Counted from the whole stretch's first letter, positions 24,138-37,844 are shown. The stretch is DNA of 62,725 nt, filler included, from Choristocarpus tenellus KU-1152 (GCA_964200185.2; 10 parts of 10 records of this genome joined end to end with filler, not necessarily neighbours in it); one strand, 5' to 3'. A program made the numbers and translations. The notes: generated by a model from the letters alone, not told the origin.

Positions 24138-25797
24138 ATGCGTCTTTTTTATGTTGCCTGCTTGCTACTCACCTTGAACAGATCTTTGGGACAGGAGGTT
24201 AGTCTTGTGTTGACTGCCGGTGTGTATGCCGAAGAGTTCGTCGTTTTGTTGTTATTTTTCAACTTTGTCTCCATTTTGTCATCACCCTGCTTTCGTTCAG
24301 AGAGGCTTGCCTTTTTAGTTTCCCCAAAGTTATCAGCTTCCCTGACTTTGATATGCTGTCGTTTGTGAATATGTTCGTGGTTCTCTCTAATATTTTCCTA
24401 TGAACGAACTTGGCTATGATACCTTACCCCATTTGCTTATTTACATGGGTCTGACCCTGATCCACGTTGTGCTTCAAACCTACTGCGATTCCCACTGGTC
24501 CGTAGCGGGGTGGAAAGGGCATGACTTGCTGGGACAAGCGGGAGCTTTGTGACCTTACTTGTGTATTCCCCGTAGACAACGCTGTTGATGCCGATGAACT
24601 CCAGGCATGTGGGGTGAGGTGCGTGGGTGAGGAGGAGAACTGCGTGGACAGCCCCGAGACTGTTGAATATATCGCGGTGAGATACGAACTAGTTGGATGG
24701 ATAGATGAATGACCTCTTCAACTGCGTGTCGCCAACAGTGGTCCTGTGAAAGTTGAGTAAGTCAACACCTTCACACGTTCCTGCCTCCTCCCCCCTACCC
24801 CCAAAATTGGTACACCATACTATAGTGCGCCTCGGACTGTGCCACCAGCTATGATGCATCTCTCCTAAGGTGCAACCAGAAGATCTCACCGGTTACTAAA
24901 GGAACAATGGGTGCCAACCAGGATGCCTGTTCCAACATGGCTTCTGGCATCATGGACGACTGCATGGTGAGGTTAAAGAAACTATGGAGGTTTTGGAGGA
25001 AAGGTCATGTGTGCCTCATAGATAGTTTTTAACATAGAGGATGTGAATGTGACCTCACTGACTAGATCATGTGTGCCTCATAGATAGTTTTTAACATAGA
25101 GGATTGTGAATGCGACCTCGCTGACTACACAGCAGTGACTTTTTCAAACTTTGCTAAAGGGAAAGGAAGAAGTCTCTACATTGTCCCATTAGACCAAGAT
25201 TATGCTCTTTTGCAGGAACATCCATGCTGTAGAATATATAGTATGTAGAGAAGAAAAATAGGTCCTCTTGCATGTCTGTTGATTTATATTTTGATCTGGA
25301 CCAGTTGTACAGCTTCGTATGTTGTGCCGTGTTCTCTCCTCCCTTCCCACCCTTCTCTCGTCCACCAAAAATAGCAGAGCATTTTGTACTAATATTTTGA
25401 TATCTCTCAAATCAATTAGACATAACCCTCTTTGACAACACATTTATCAGGAACCATTGGCATCTGCACATCAAAATTGCAAGATCAAACTATGCCTACT
25501 CAGATATTGAATGTGTTAAGAATCGTTTGCCGCGAGTAATCTGTACCCATAGCACTGTGTATCTGTGCTTTGTGCCTTTTTAGCATTCTTTTCCTAACTC
25601 AATTACATTTTTTTCGTTTGGGGGGATTGGGGGGGACGCAGGAGGCCTGTTACGGTGAGGATCGCTTTTACGGTTGGACCCCAGACACAGAGGAGGGTGA
25701 ACATGTTGAGATGTTTGCGGATGAAAAGTGGAGGCATCCCTTCCGCTATCCAGATGTTGTGTTCGGAGAGTTGCGAAACCAGTATGGTACAAAATGA
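24138..25797 (+). CDS. Unknown secreted cysteine-rich protein (12 Cys), at least 4 exons
   Basis: Phase-0 GT-AG exons 24138-24197 (MRLFYVACLLLTLNRSLGQE, signal peptide, accATG context), 24506-24676, 24826-24966 and one starting at 25642. The 3' end is uncertain: stop at 25797, or a splice to a further exon near 25898-25975. Confidence 0.72.
25005..25127. repeat. 62-bp tandem duplication in an intron
   Basis: TCATGTGTGCCTCATAGATAGTTTTTAACATAGAGGAT...CTGACTA occurs at 25005 and 25067. Confidence 0.9.
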
Positions 25798-28700
25798 TCA
25801 GCCTTCGGCATAGCTAAATATGTCACGTCACCCCTTCAGTATGGATTCTCTTTGTTAGGGTGCACCTCATGAGAAGAAATAGTACTAAGCCCTCTAGATC
25901 CACAAATTCCGAGCCCCGCGAAGCATTCCTCCCTCAAAATCCTGTGTATTTCCAAGCTCTTCGGAGAACTTGATCAAATTGCTTTTGCTCAATCCAAGGT
26001 ACTTACTCTGCAGGGTGAGCTACTGTTCACTCAGAGGCCTTTAAAAGGGTATGATTTGTTGTTTCAGTGGAGCTTCCTCTGTGGGTATGCTTCTTGCTTT
26101 GAGAACAGTATTATTTTTGATGCATTTAATCCTGTTCCAGAGGGCGCCTCTCACTGATTTCCTCCTTTGGTACTCAAGTTGCATTTGTCAACTATCTATG
26201 TGATGTTTTTGTTCATGTGTGTTCACAAACACGATGCATCATGCATGTTCAGTGAACACTTTTTCTTTTTTCTTTTTCTTTTTGGAGAAGTACGATACTG
26301 TATTCGTTTGCTAAATTTTTTGCAGTACCCATTTGGTATCTAGTGCTTGTTCTGCAGCCATGAACCTACTATTGTAGCTCTTGAAGTGCCCATTTTAGGA
26401 GGCCCAGTAGTTCATGTCCAGGTCTCCTTGGCCTATGCCCTTCATCAGTCAATATGACACATTTGAGAAGGAATTCTACAACTGTGGGAATTTTTGGGGG
26501 TCCATTCTGCGCCGTACTACTCCTACTTTTGTGAACACTTTCAGCATAATGTTCCTGAAGTATTTTTTTTTTAGGTCTTGCAGTGAAGGCCACCATGCAC
26601 TTCTTCCAGTGCTCCCTGTCCACTGTTTAGGTTTGACTGTTGTCAGATTTATCAGGGATGCCATAAGATGTGAGTGACTGGATCCTCGAGAGGTTCGACC
26701 GTTCCTTGCTGATTGAGCTACTGTAACTGAGAGACACTTTTAAGTAATTCAAGGATCGTGGATATGCCACATCTCCTGTCTGTATGGAAATACACTCTCC
26801 TCATAGCCTCATGACGCGCACGTGTACCAAGGATGTTAGATACATAGTTTAGCAAGTGTAGTTACTAGCGGAATCCAAGCATTTACGATTATCAATGAAA
26901 TCTGAAGGATATGATTTTTTTTGTGTGTTTTTGGCGATTCAACCTACGTAGTTCTTGCACCTTACCATCATAACGTTGAACAGGGTCTTACCTGCTGAAA
27001 TTTGTGAGAGGATTTGAGGCTAGTTCACAGGTTGGCCTAAGCAGGGTTCCCAAACCTCGGAAGTATTAACAATTTTCAAAGGAAATCGGAAAGTGGGACC
27101 AACGGTGTGCATAGGATTTAGTGGGTCGGTTTGACACTATGTACAATGTAGTATGTTTTTGGAAGGGTCACCCCGAGCAGTATCTGTTGATTGTAGTTTC
27201 CTTTGCATTCATACCACCCATATGAACAGAACTGCAACCCAATCTATATCTCGTGTTATATTTGTAGTATTATAGTTCATTCTGCGTAGTTGTATATTAT
27301 GATCCATTCCCACAAGATCATTACAGATGTGACTCGGATCCAGACTGAGGATGACACGCACAACAAGTAGATCTCTTGTCTCCTCATTGCAATCATGGAT
27401 GGATGCAAGCTGAGCTTCCCCATTGCACTAGTTTAAGGCCAACATTACTATTGCAAAGCAGTGGATGGATTCGAGAGTGCATTTAGCGAGATTTGTTCCA
27501 AAGGAAGTCGTGATCCAGAGTGGCTCCGAAGTGTGTAAACCGCAACAATATTTGAGGCATAGGAGACAGAGCAGAGGGGGGTGGGTGGTGGACCCAATGT
27601 GCGAGAGGCTAGGCATGCGTGAGGCACCGGATTCAGTCTTAATGCAAAAGTGGTTCAATTCGTTTATAACTAGAAGTGATGCCTCAGACTGAGGGTTGGG
27701 CTCGTCCCCAGACTACAGTGAAGACAATCAAAGCATGATACAGGCGAAAGTAGCAGGGCAGAGAAGGTTATCACACCTCCCTTCAGGATGTTAGCACTGA
27801 GATGATCATCAACACAACAATTGATATAACCTGGACAATGTAACACTTGAGATAGGAAAACATACGCAAATGTTACTATCAAATACTCACTCATTACCCA
27901 CAGTCCAAAACCGTATGATCTATTCACGAAATTAGATCTATTGTAGCACACCCTGGTTCGATGAAACATACGTATACCTGTCCAAAAAATGTGTTACTTT
28001 TAATACATCACATGAATCCGTAGTGTCATAAAAAATGCTATTCATCTGTATTGCATCATCGTACGAAACAGTCAATCGCTACTACAGAATAGCAATACCC
28101 TACTTCAAAAAATTAATACGAAGGCATACCAGACCATTGTTTCACATGTTTGTCGTGCTAGTGTTAAATGTGTTTTGTGGAGGTAACACTTGCTGGTATT
28201 GGCTGTCTGAAGTTATATAAGTAATACAAGGTAACATCTTCCATAATAATAGGTTGTTTGAGAGCCATCTTCCAACTATTGCATACCCTTAAGGTGATCT
28301 ACCTTAATGGCTGTTGCTCATGTGAAGTCTGTTTTTGCATGTTGAAGTTAACATCTGCTTGACGTAAATAGCGGGTGATTTGGTCTTACAAATCCCCACA
28401 TTCACTTTTTACTTGTTCAATCTTTCCTCAATGGTCTTATGATGGATTGCTGTCCCTCCTGCCTTGTCTCTCCCCAGTACCTTTCTGCCATGGATCTTGC
28501 CTCTCCCCTTCATTGACAACAAGAACCTGTCTGCCTGTTTCCATCTGTTTCACATTTATTATCCTCTTTTTCAACCAAGTGTTTTTGGAACTATATCCAA
28601 ATTCTTAGACATCTTTAATGTAGAGAAAAGGTTTTAAAGAGTTAGTTGTTGGTCAGTTACCCACGGACTATATTGAAGTATTATGTTAAAAGTATAGGAA

Positions 28701-30857
28701 CATCAAACGACAATGTTCCACCCACAGAATAAGACAATGTATTTAGACATACAGGTTTTATGTGATAGTATCAGCATCTTGATGATGTGTATGTACGATT
28801 TTCAAGAAATAAATAATTTCAAGTTAATATGTGGCAAATGTTTGAGTAGAGTGTTTACGTAACGATAAACGCAAATTGTTGTTTTAAGCTGGAGACAGCA
28901 GAGAGATGGGCAAGGAAGGAGGGGCTTGTTAGATTCTTGGGATGCTTCCCTACCTCCTCATCCTGGGGTGCAGGACTAAGCTAGGTTGGAGGCACAGGAA
29001 GGTAGTGGTGCAGCATAGCTGGTAGTAAAATAGCAAGTAGATTTTGGAGAGATATCTTTCACATTTACCACAACTGTTACTTTTATAAGGGTTTTTCTGA
29101 CATGTGAATAGCTTTCATTGGTTTTCCCCCTGACACATCTGCAAGATGTGAGAGGGAATAATACTAAAATAAATGCAGACTGTTACTCATAGTTTTCACG
29201 TATTATGCTGTGGAAATGTTTTCAAAATGTTCACATGTTAAGGTATTGATTTTCCTCTACCAATGAACATGAACACGGGTGACCCTCATCCAACTGGTCC
29301 TTCAAACGTCGTGGCCAACCCAAATCATGCCCAGTGTACGGCAAAATCTTTTGATTGGGGGGGAAGATGTTCAGACCTTGCCCTATTCAAATCCATGATG
29401 TTTGCCGTCAATGTAGCACATTAATCCTCCAAGGTGCAGATGAAACAAAAACAAGTCAATCAATGCGGACTGACACTTTCGGTCAAGCCCTCAAAGATGT
29501 GCCTCTATTTGTGCACACTAATCAGGGTATACTATGACCACCGGACAAGTCTCCCCTTCTTTCCCACACGAGAGTCCCCCTTTGCTAACACCAAAACCGA
29601 GTCCTAAGGAGGGCCGCAGGTTGAAGATTTCCTCAAAGGATCCTCCCACTTCCTCGTACCAGACGACAATACCTGCAGCACATCATGGTCTACCACCACT
29701 CTGCCCTTCAGCTGCCTGATGCCATGCACAACTTCTGTGGAACCACACTCTACCCCAAACAAGTGCAATGGCGCCGTTTCCCAGATGGGCTTCTAGACAA
29801 CCTTTCAGAGTGCTGTAGCTTTGAAGCTAACAAATATTTGCAAAGCAAGGGTATCGAATATAGGGCACACTCAAGAAGTGGTGCTACACGCATAGATGGA
29901 TTAGCCAACCCTCTCAAGTCAAATTTAGCACTTCGTCCGTCGAAATATGGGTGAATCGTAAAGGATTGGATTACTGACCCATAATACAAAACAAAAACTG
30001 AGTTCCTCTCATTTACTTTGGCTCAGGAACCATATGGCTGGCTGCATTCACACACAGCACATTTACTATACAATAATATGTATTATTGTGGACTTCAACG
30101 TGGTTGAAAAGGACTGTCTGGGTTGTCTTGGACGACAGGGGATGTGATGTCCATTCTTGCGCTTCCTTAGCATTAAGCTTTGTCATCCCATTACCTGCGA
30201 ACAAAATCAAGCCTGGTACTTGCGCCCAGAAAATTAGTCAAAGGTGGAAGCTTAGAAACGTTCGTGCTTCATCAATGCTCTACTACTTGTGTCACAGAGT
30301 CAAAATGATGGAAGAAGTCTTGACCGCACAATATATCTTTATCTTCGAGTGAATTTCCCAAGCGTTTGGCTGCTTCTAGCACCTAATTGATTATTTGGGA
30401 ATTTTTGCGACAGTATTCGCACACATTTACTTAATGTCTCCTTCTGGATCATAGACTTTCAACCGTTGATGCTGCTGTGCTTGCCTCTGACAACAAGATT
30501 GTGAACAGGAAATGTTAATTTCTTTTTTTTTGGTCTCTTCATATCTCTAACGAGGAAGCCCTTTACAGCTCCAGTCTTACACACGAGACAGAAAAATAAT
30601 GGTGTTACGCTTTGTATCCCAACCTCTGTATAATAAGGCAATCAAAATATATTGAAAAATTGAATTTACTTTTTCTCAGGTTAGAGTAGATAAAAACATA
30701 CTTCTGTTTTATCAAAATTTGCACACAACATATGAAGAACAGAATATCAGCGATGGAAATTCATTCTATCTGGCATTGGGAGTATGCAACACTGTGTGTT
30801 CATGACAAAGACAACGCTACATCGTAATTCCTGTAACATTCCAGTCCAAAATGGACA

Positions 30858-32500
30858 TACTTCCTCCGTTCGGAAGTAAATGTAGCTTAACTTTTGCAGT
30901 CCCGATGAAGAAGCAAGGTATTTTTTCACATGTTCATTATTTTATGGATATATTGTGCAGACACTGAAAGGTTGCACACCAAATCTCAAGCAAAATGGAG
31001 CAGCCTACACCTATCCATGATTCTGCCCCCGAGGTCCCCCCAAACTCCATACCAACATAGTATTTCACCACATCCACCAGGGGATTCAGGGGGGGAATTA
31101 TGAAGACGTTGTCACCCTTGGATCCAAGTGCTTCACCGTAGACTGCGAAGAGGCTCTGTCAGAGCTGCTCTAGCATTTCTCATGGGTACACATCGAATGC
31201 CTCCGTTGTGACCTCCACCAGTTCCTCTGTGTTGTTCACCTCCAACGTCTTCCTTCAGTTTCTGGATGAAATGAAAGAACCCCAGGTCGTTGATGCCCTC
31301 TCTGTTGGCCATCCCCACGTCTTCCTTCATTTGCTAGATGGAATGAAATAATCCCAGGTGGTTGATGTTGAGGTCAGGCAAGGCGACTGGCTGGGTCATT
31401 ATGACAATGTCGTCCCCCGCTGGCTCCTCAATTACCTCCATGATTCCCCCCTTGCCCTTTCCTGCTGTACGTAATGGTGTGTCCTCCTGGCCTAGGCATG
31501 TGGACCTTGATTGCCGGGATGACACCCTCGATCATGAGCTTCTTAGACCTCTCCTTGTCCACTGTGACTGGCACAAGCACCCTGGGTGCACTCAGGTCGG
31601 TGTACGCTGGAGCACTGAGCGACCTTAGTGTCCACGATTGCCCAGATCCCGATTTTCCCATGCAACCACACCCCATTGGAGAGCTTGCTAAGGTGGGCCA
31701 CAGCTGCAAGGAATAATGTAATGCTTATTCCGTGCCCATGGGAGTTTGGGGGGGTCCTCAATAGGGTGCAAGTACCTTGCCCATCTTTGAGGATGTAACC
31801 CACTTCTTGCCCTCATGCACCCCAGTCATACAGTTCGTTCATTAATACCCACTTCCCCCCCTCCTGTGCATGTGGCTGATGACGAAATCCATCCTGTTGA
31901 CTATCTACAGGTCTGAAGAGGATTGGCTTTATCCACTGCTTGACCTTCTTCACCTCTTCACACTTGCACAGATCCCACAATGAGGCAAAGGAAGACTCCA
32001 ACTTCGGCAGCCCATTTGCAGAAGGATGTGCAGTGTACTGATGGGACATCCCAAACATTAATGAGTTTTGTACAACCGTGACATTGCCCTTGCAACGTCA
32101 TACAAGGTCCATGCATTCACCCCGTTCGATCTGGCTGTCATACTCCTTCAGATGACTGAGCACGGTGATTCGGGAAATTCCAAAGTCCTCCATGATCGCT
32201 CTCGCCATCCCCTGAGGCATCAGAATCTCACACCCTCTCACCTTCAGGCATCACACCACTACACTGATCTTTGTTGGGGTTTTTGAGTCTGGACCCTGTA
32301 CAGGCTTCTCTGGGATGAAAAATTAGGACCGACAGGCAATGATGGGATGTACGAGCTGCTCGAACGATGGGTGACCTTTATCCTAGGCATCCTAATAAAC
32401 ACCCACATCGACACTTTCACGGAGTTTTTGAACCCCGTCAAACATGACTCGGTTGATTTTGCACTGGTGATCCTCCACAGTCATGACAACCCACCATATT
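30858..32500 (-). mobile_element. Decayed plant/oomycete-type (DD39D, Stowaway-related) mariner transposase with one surviving TIR
   Basis: - strand: HTH region GMARAIMEDFGISRITV, WIKPIL, YDW-VHEGKKW (decayed YD.VHIDEKW), LFLAAVAHL..HGKIGIWAIV..AQCSSVHRP (MFLAAVARP..DGKIGIWPFV..A.RSS.NRP), MIEGVIPAI, QPVALPDLNINHLGLFHSI (QPPNSPDLN.LDLGFF), KGDNVFIIP. Stowaway-like TA+CTTCCTCCGTTC at 30858-30871. Confidence 0.88.
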
Positions 32501-35174
32501 AAATTTTGCTCGCCTCCCACTCTATATGAGAACTAAGCCTCGTTCGGACGATTTATCATGTGGGTTGTTCCCAGTCCAGAACGGACATTTAATTCCGGAT
32601 TTAATTCCGGACAAAGTACTCAGTAAGTTAAGAAAAATATGTAACATCCCAAGCATTTCAAGACAAAAACACCCGTAAGACCACATGTTGGCCACAACAC
32701 TCCCATCCAAAATATACATCATGTATACATTTGGCAAACGACAACCGAGTAAAATATTGTTCAGGGTGGGCAATATTTACACATTGCAGTACAACTTTCT
32801 GTGCAAAATACCTATCTGGTATGATGAAGTGATATCTTTAGTCCTCCAAGAGACTTCAAAACATGCGTTGGAACAACCATGTAAAGAGCAGCAGCAGCAG
32901 CAGCACAACAGAAGAACCAACAACCTCTGTTTCAAGTCTCAGGCGCAAATATTACTCTTCCTACTACTTGGCGGAGGTAAAGATAGAGATGTACACAAAG
33001 AAATATACCTGTATGTGAGTTGGATGGAGGATAGCTTACCACCCTCAACGAACGAAATGATGACCCTTGTGTGCGCATTTCCACTCAAAAGGCTAATACT
33101 ACATGATACTTACTGGTACATACTCTTCCAGTGGTAGCCTCATTGGGTGACTTATAGAGTAGGTTGGATTGATGTATGTTGGTGGCCACGAAAAGGTCAG
33201 AGGGGAGACCGGCTACAACCTAACAGCACCAGCAATTCAAAATAGCATGAGATTCACATGAACGCCATTCACATCACACACATTCTTGATAGTGATGGCA
33301 AAGCAAAAAATACTCAGAAGAAATTTGTAATGACCGCATGTTACGCATTCCAGTTATCTAGCAATTCATTAGCACTCCAGTACTATGTAGTATTAGGTAA
33401 GTCCTATAATATCGAAAGCCTCCTCACAGTTCTACTCTGAGACGATGCTTCCAACAACATATTTTGCAACTAGTCGTCAGCCTGTAACTCTATCCATGCA
33501 TGGGGGCCACCCCACACCACATTTTCTGTCCCGGAGCACCAACAACATATTGGCCAGAGATAAGTACCTTTTCAGACCACGTTTCCTTGGCATGAAAGGG
33601 GATAAGTCAGTACATACATGTCCCACACTTGAGTTCCCCTTGCTTCATTGCCGTCCCTGGCCCTAAGTCAACATGCACAGGGATTGTGTATTTGATTCAA
33701 GTTCATTTTCAAGATCCCACCTTTCCTGTACATTGCTACTGTTGTAGTTTGGTGGGTAGAAAAATGTGTTAGGTGGGCAGAGAGTAACCGAAAGTAGACA
33801 TCGCCATCATCATCCCCTACCTTAGCTGTGCTGTCACGGCCTGGAGTTGTCCTTCACAAGCAGAACAAGACCCACGGCTCACAAAACCTGCACCATGATA
33901 CTAATGTGTATGTACACATCTTCAGTCCTGCTGTGTATACTTAGCTCTCCGCCATACCTACCTCTCTACTCTTCAATTTTAGCTGCTCCTCTTTGTCTTC
34001 TATCTCCAGAGCAAGAGACTTGCACAGACCTTGGAGGCGATCTCTGACCTTCGTGAGGGACTCTTCCACCTGTACAATTGATTTGATTTCATTTAAGTCA
34101 TTGCATCCGTATACATCAATGCACATGTGTGTGTGTGTGATTCAGATGTGAGGAAGGGGATTCAATCAACCCACTAAACCTACGTTGGGTGATACCATCT
34201 ACATAGGGGGATGTCGCGGAATTTTAGGGACTCCTACAACTGCCTTGTGTTTCATGTAACTTGAGGACTGTGGAGGTTGCTTTTGGCTAACAACCTATTC
34301 ACAGTGAACCATCTACAGCCAGACCTTGCTTGGTGGGTACAACCGCATTTCAGGTATGAAACAGGTATACATTGGACATAGTCCAAAAAGGTCTTGAAAC
34401 TCAAAAAGGGTCGAAATTGCCCCCCTCTCTCTGGAGGTTATCCTACCCAATAGGGATAACACAGATCGAATCTCGAATTTCTTAAGGTCAAAAATTTGAC
34501 ATGTAAAATCGGAGGTAAAAACAGCGGTACCTATCTGGTCATCATTTCTAGAGGAGGGAGTGCAGTACCATTAAATGCTTGATTGGAATTTCAAAAACAG
34601 AAGAGCAAACCTCAGGGTCAACTCTACCATTAATAGTCCTGCATAGAAGGAGTATTGCCAAGATAGGGGTCTGTCATAGCCACTGTGACAAGCACCACAT
34701 CTGCCCTTGCAATTTCGAAGTAGCCGCTACTCACTACACATCTCTCACTGGAGTTATCACAGTAGTCAATACCAAAGAGTGTTCCTGTTTGAAACTCTGT
34801 AGAGGAAAAAATTGGGAAAGAGTTAAAAGGCCACGATGCCACCCTAACACTGATATCGACCAAAATACTTCTCTTATGCGGCATTTCAAGGAACCTATGC
34901 TGTATTCAACAAAGCAACACTGTAATCTGACAAAGCAGATCACACATACACACACACACGAAGTCCCACAACCCCAACAATGAAAACACTACGGTAGAGG
35001 GGAGGATCGCTCCACCACAGCACAGAGGTCATGCAGAGAACCTGAAGAGGTCACCAGGGTACATTGCAGTGGCAAGGGAGGTCCGGCACCAACGTACGGT
35101 ACCAACTGAAGTACGGTACAAAAGTATTGTCAGCACTCCATGAAGGTTTGGCGCAAGAAAAAAGGGAGGGTTCT

Positions 35175-35331
35175 GGGCTCAAAGTATCTGGGGTGTGGGG
35201 GTGTGCGGCTGTCCATTTGGGATCAATTTTTTCATGTCGCGATTTTTGGGTGATTTGGTTACATGCATCGGATGGATAATGTAAATGCACGTTTACTGAT
35301 TTCGGTCCAAATGGACACCCTGGTGTAGACC
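35175..35331. mobile_element. MITE family 1, near-full copy ending at contig break
   Basis: GGGCTCAAAGTATCTGGGG..GCGGCTGTCCATTTGGGATCAATTTTTTCATGTCGCGATTTTTGGG..GGACACCCTGGTGTAGACC. Confidence 0.88.
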
Positions 35332-35431
35332 NNNNNNNNNNNNNNNNNNNNNNNNNNNNNNNNNNNNNNNNNNNNTTAATTAATTAANNNNNNNNNNNNN
35401 NNNNNNNNNNNNNNNNNNNNNNNNNNNNNNN

Positions 35432-35499
35432 ACTAAAAACCCAAAAAGGGGGAAGACGGCCGCCCCCCCCCCCCCCCCCCCCCCCAGATACTTTGACCC
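35432..35499. mobile_element. MITE family 1 terminus at contig start
   Basis: GGCCG-Cn-AGATACTTTGACCC. Confidence 0.7.
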
Positions 35500-35737
35500 G
35501 GATATCGAATTGTAGACGTGGGTACCAATTCATCGGAGCAAGCTATGTTCGTCTATCAAATTGGACCAGGTATCATGTCGAAGGCCTCTCCATGTAGACC
35601 CATGCTAGGGTTGTACTAGATAAATTGCTGTCATTGAAACGTCCTACAGGGCCTACTATTCGTGAGGAACAACAAACAACAATATTAAAGCCGCTATAGT
35701 GTCCTTTATTCAAACAGGCCCTAATCATTAAACTTAC

Positions 35738-35932
35738 AACACCCTCCCAGAGGCTGTCAAAAGATTTCCCCCAGAGGATTTCGCTGGCCTGGTTGATGAA
35801 TGCCAAGTAGTTGAGAGCAGCCGCTGCTCCTATGAAGATAACCAGGAATGCCGACCTTGACATAGTACGTGTGGACACATTGATAGAGACAGCGTGTGGA
35901 ATGGGGGGGGTAGGCATGGCGTTGAGGTAGAA
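35738..35932 (-). CDS. Possible exon encoding a hydrophobic membrane anchor, product unknown
   Basis: 195-nt open exon between acceptor ..ttacacAG and donor GTAAGT; encodes ...MSRSAFLVIFIGAAAALNYLAFINQASEILWGKSFDSLWEGV. No partner exons identified. Confidence 0.3.
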
Positions 35933-37663
35933 CTGTGTAACAATATGTGCGTAAGTACATGCTTCTATGCTAGAGTGAGGGATATGGTGACTGTGAGATC
36001 GAATTGGTCATTTTGTGTCTGTTGAATGGATAGAGAAAAAAAGGTCACTCCCAGCCCAACCCTTGCTTGTCCACTGCGATGCTTTACGAAGAAATGTCTA
36101 GCACACATGGATATTGAAAGGATACACAGAGAGAACAGAATAGCATTCCTTGAAAGGGCCCCGCTTTCACAGCCAGCTTTTGATTGCTTTCCAGATGCAC
36201 TAGAGTGTTTATGTGCCCAGGCTTGAGACGTTGTCATGATGTTAAGAAATGCACTTTACCAACCACAGTACCAGTGTTATCATTCAATCACACTTGCTGT
36301 TAATCCTATTGATGGTGCTACACATACCTCATAAGGTTAAGTTGGATTAAGTTAGGTTCTTTCCTGAGATATAGGCTTAGTGCAGTAGTGGTGTAGGGCT
36401 GCCTAAGAGGCAGGTAGATTGGAATGTTCTGGTGGGGTGTTTCCCCCCCCTATTTAGATTTTATTAGTTCTTAGGTAGGCAGGGTTGTTTGGATAGGTTA
36501 GGATTTGCATGAGAGAAGCTGAGAGTGGCACAGGGTGGTCTCTCTCCTGGTGTTGGGTTGGAGAATCACAGGCAGGATGTAGCTGGGTAGGCCCAAGTGA
36601 TAATCAGTGGTTCATATGATTCTGTTGCTTCATCCAATATTTTCAGTGTGTTTCAGTGTCCAACGTTGACCAGGTAAAAACACAATTGCCCTATGTAGAG
36701 TCGCTCCCCCCACTATACCTACTGCATTCGACCTCCCTGTCCAAATTTACCATGGGTTCCACCCATTACATATTCACTCCCACTCACCTTTTCATACAAC
36801 CCAGTCGTTACTTCAACATAATGCTAATCCCTCATCTATTGCAATAATAACCACTCTGCTACCAAAACTTAACTTTGAATAGAGCATAACATCTCGTTTT
36901 CGATGGGCAAATATGTTCACTTCTGCCCCACATATTATTCTCCTGCACCCTGCACCCATACTGTACTTTAAACCGCAACACATCAATACTTTTGCACCAA
37001 GGCAAGAGACTTAATCACGGACAAAAAATCCAAACCAATGTCGTACCACGCTCACGTTTTACCCCGAACAGGTTCTCCCTTGACACCATGAGCCTCCACC
37101 TCTGAAATGTTCTATATATATATATATATGTAGCGTCATGCTCATAGGACGCTACTCTATATATTGGGAGGTATCACACAGCCCGTCATTGAAACGGTTT
37201 GTACCATATTTTGTATTTTTTCATCCTTACTGCTCCAGGAATTCAATCATCTCAATCCCCTCCACAATTTACAGAATGCACAGCTTCCTAAGTGGCTCAC
37301 GCTAATGCCCTTACTCAAATATCAAACTATGCACTTTCCACCCATCCATTTCCTTTATCCAACATATGCTGCTGACCTTGCTCTGATGTCCAAAACACAG
37401 CGCGATTTGTAGAGCAGATAAATACCCCATGACCCTACAACAATGCCTAGGACAGAGGTCACAATCCTGAACCATGCAAGACCTGTGAGGGTAGGGACGA
37501 GCAGTAGGCGAAAAACGGACTAACGACCAATATCACATGTACTATCAGATATGTGATGTGGGAGGGGATGGCTGGTATCTATGGTGGACAAGTCAGAGAG
37601 CTAATATGTGAATCTACAGTCCACTGGCTGAACAGTAGTATGCTCCAGTTCTCGTGTATATAT

Positions 37664-37844
37664 GGTCCAAAGTATCTGGGGGGGGGGGGAGGTCTACACC
37701 AGAGTGTCCATTTGGGGCAAAACCAGGAGAAGTGCACTTTCATTATCCATTCGACAAATGCAACCAAATTTACCCAAAAATCGCGACATGAAAAAATTGG
37801 TCCCAAATGGACAGCTGCCACCTCCCCCCCAGATATTTTGAGCC
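37664..37844. mobile_element. MITE family 1, full copy (opposite orientation to 11130)
   Basis: GGTCCAAAGTATCTGGG...CCCCCCCAGATATTTTGAGCC, flanked by TAT on both sides. Confidence 0.88.

Noticed and set aside
26340-27720. Protein-like broken frames on both strands
   Set aside because: No recognisable family or consistent splice structure.
29930-29956. FTHISTDEV resembling an NDP-sugar dehydratase motif
   Set aside because: No flanking similarity and a stop follows shortly; chance match.
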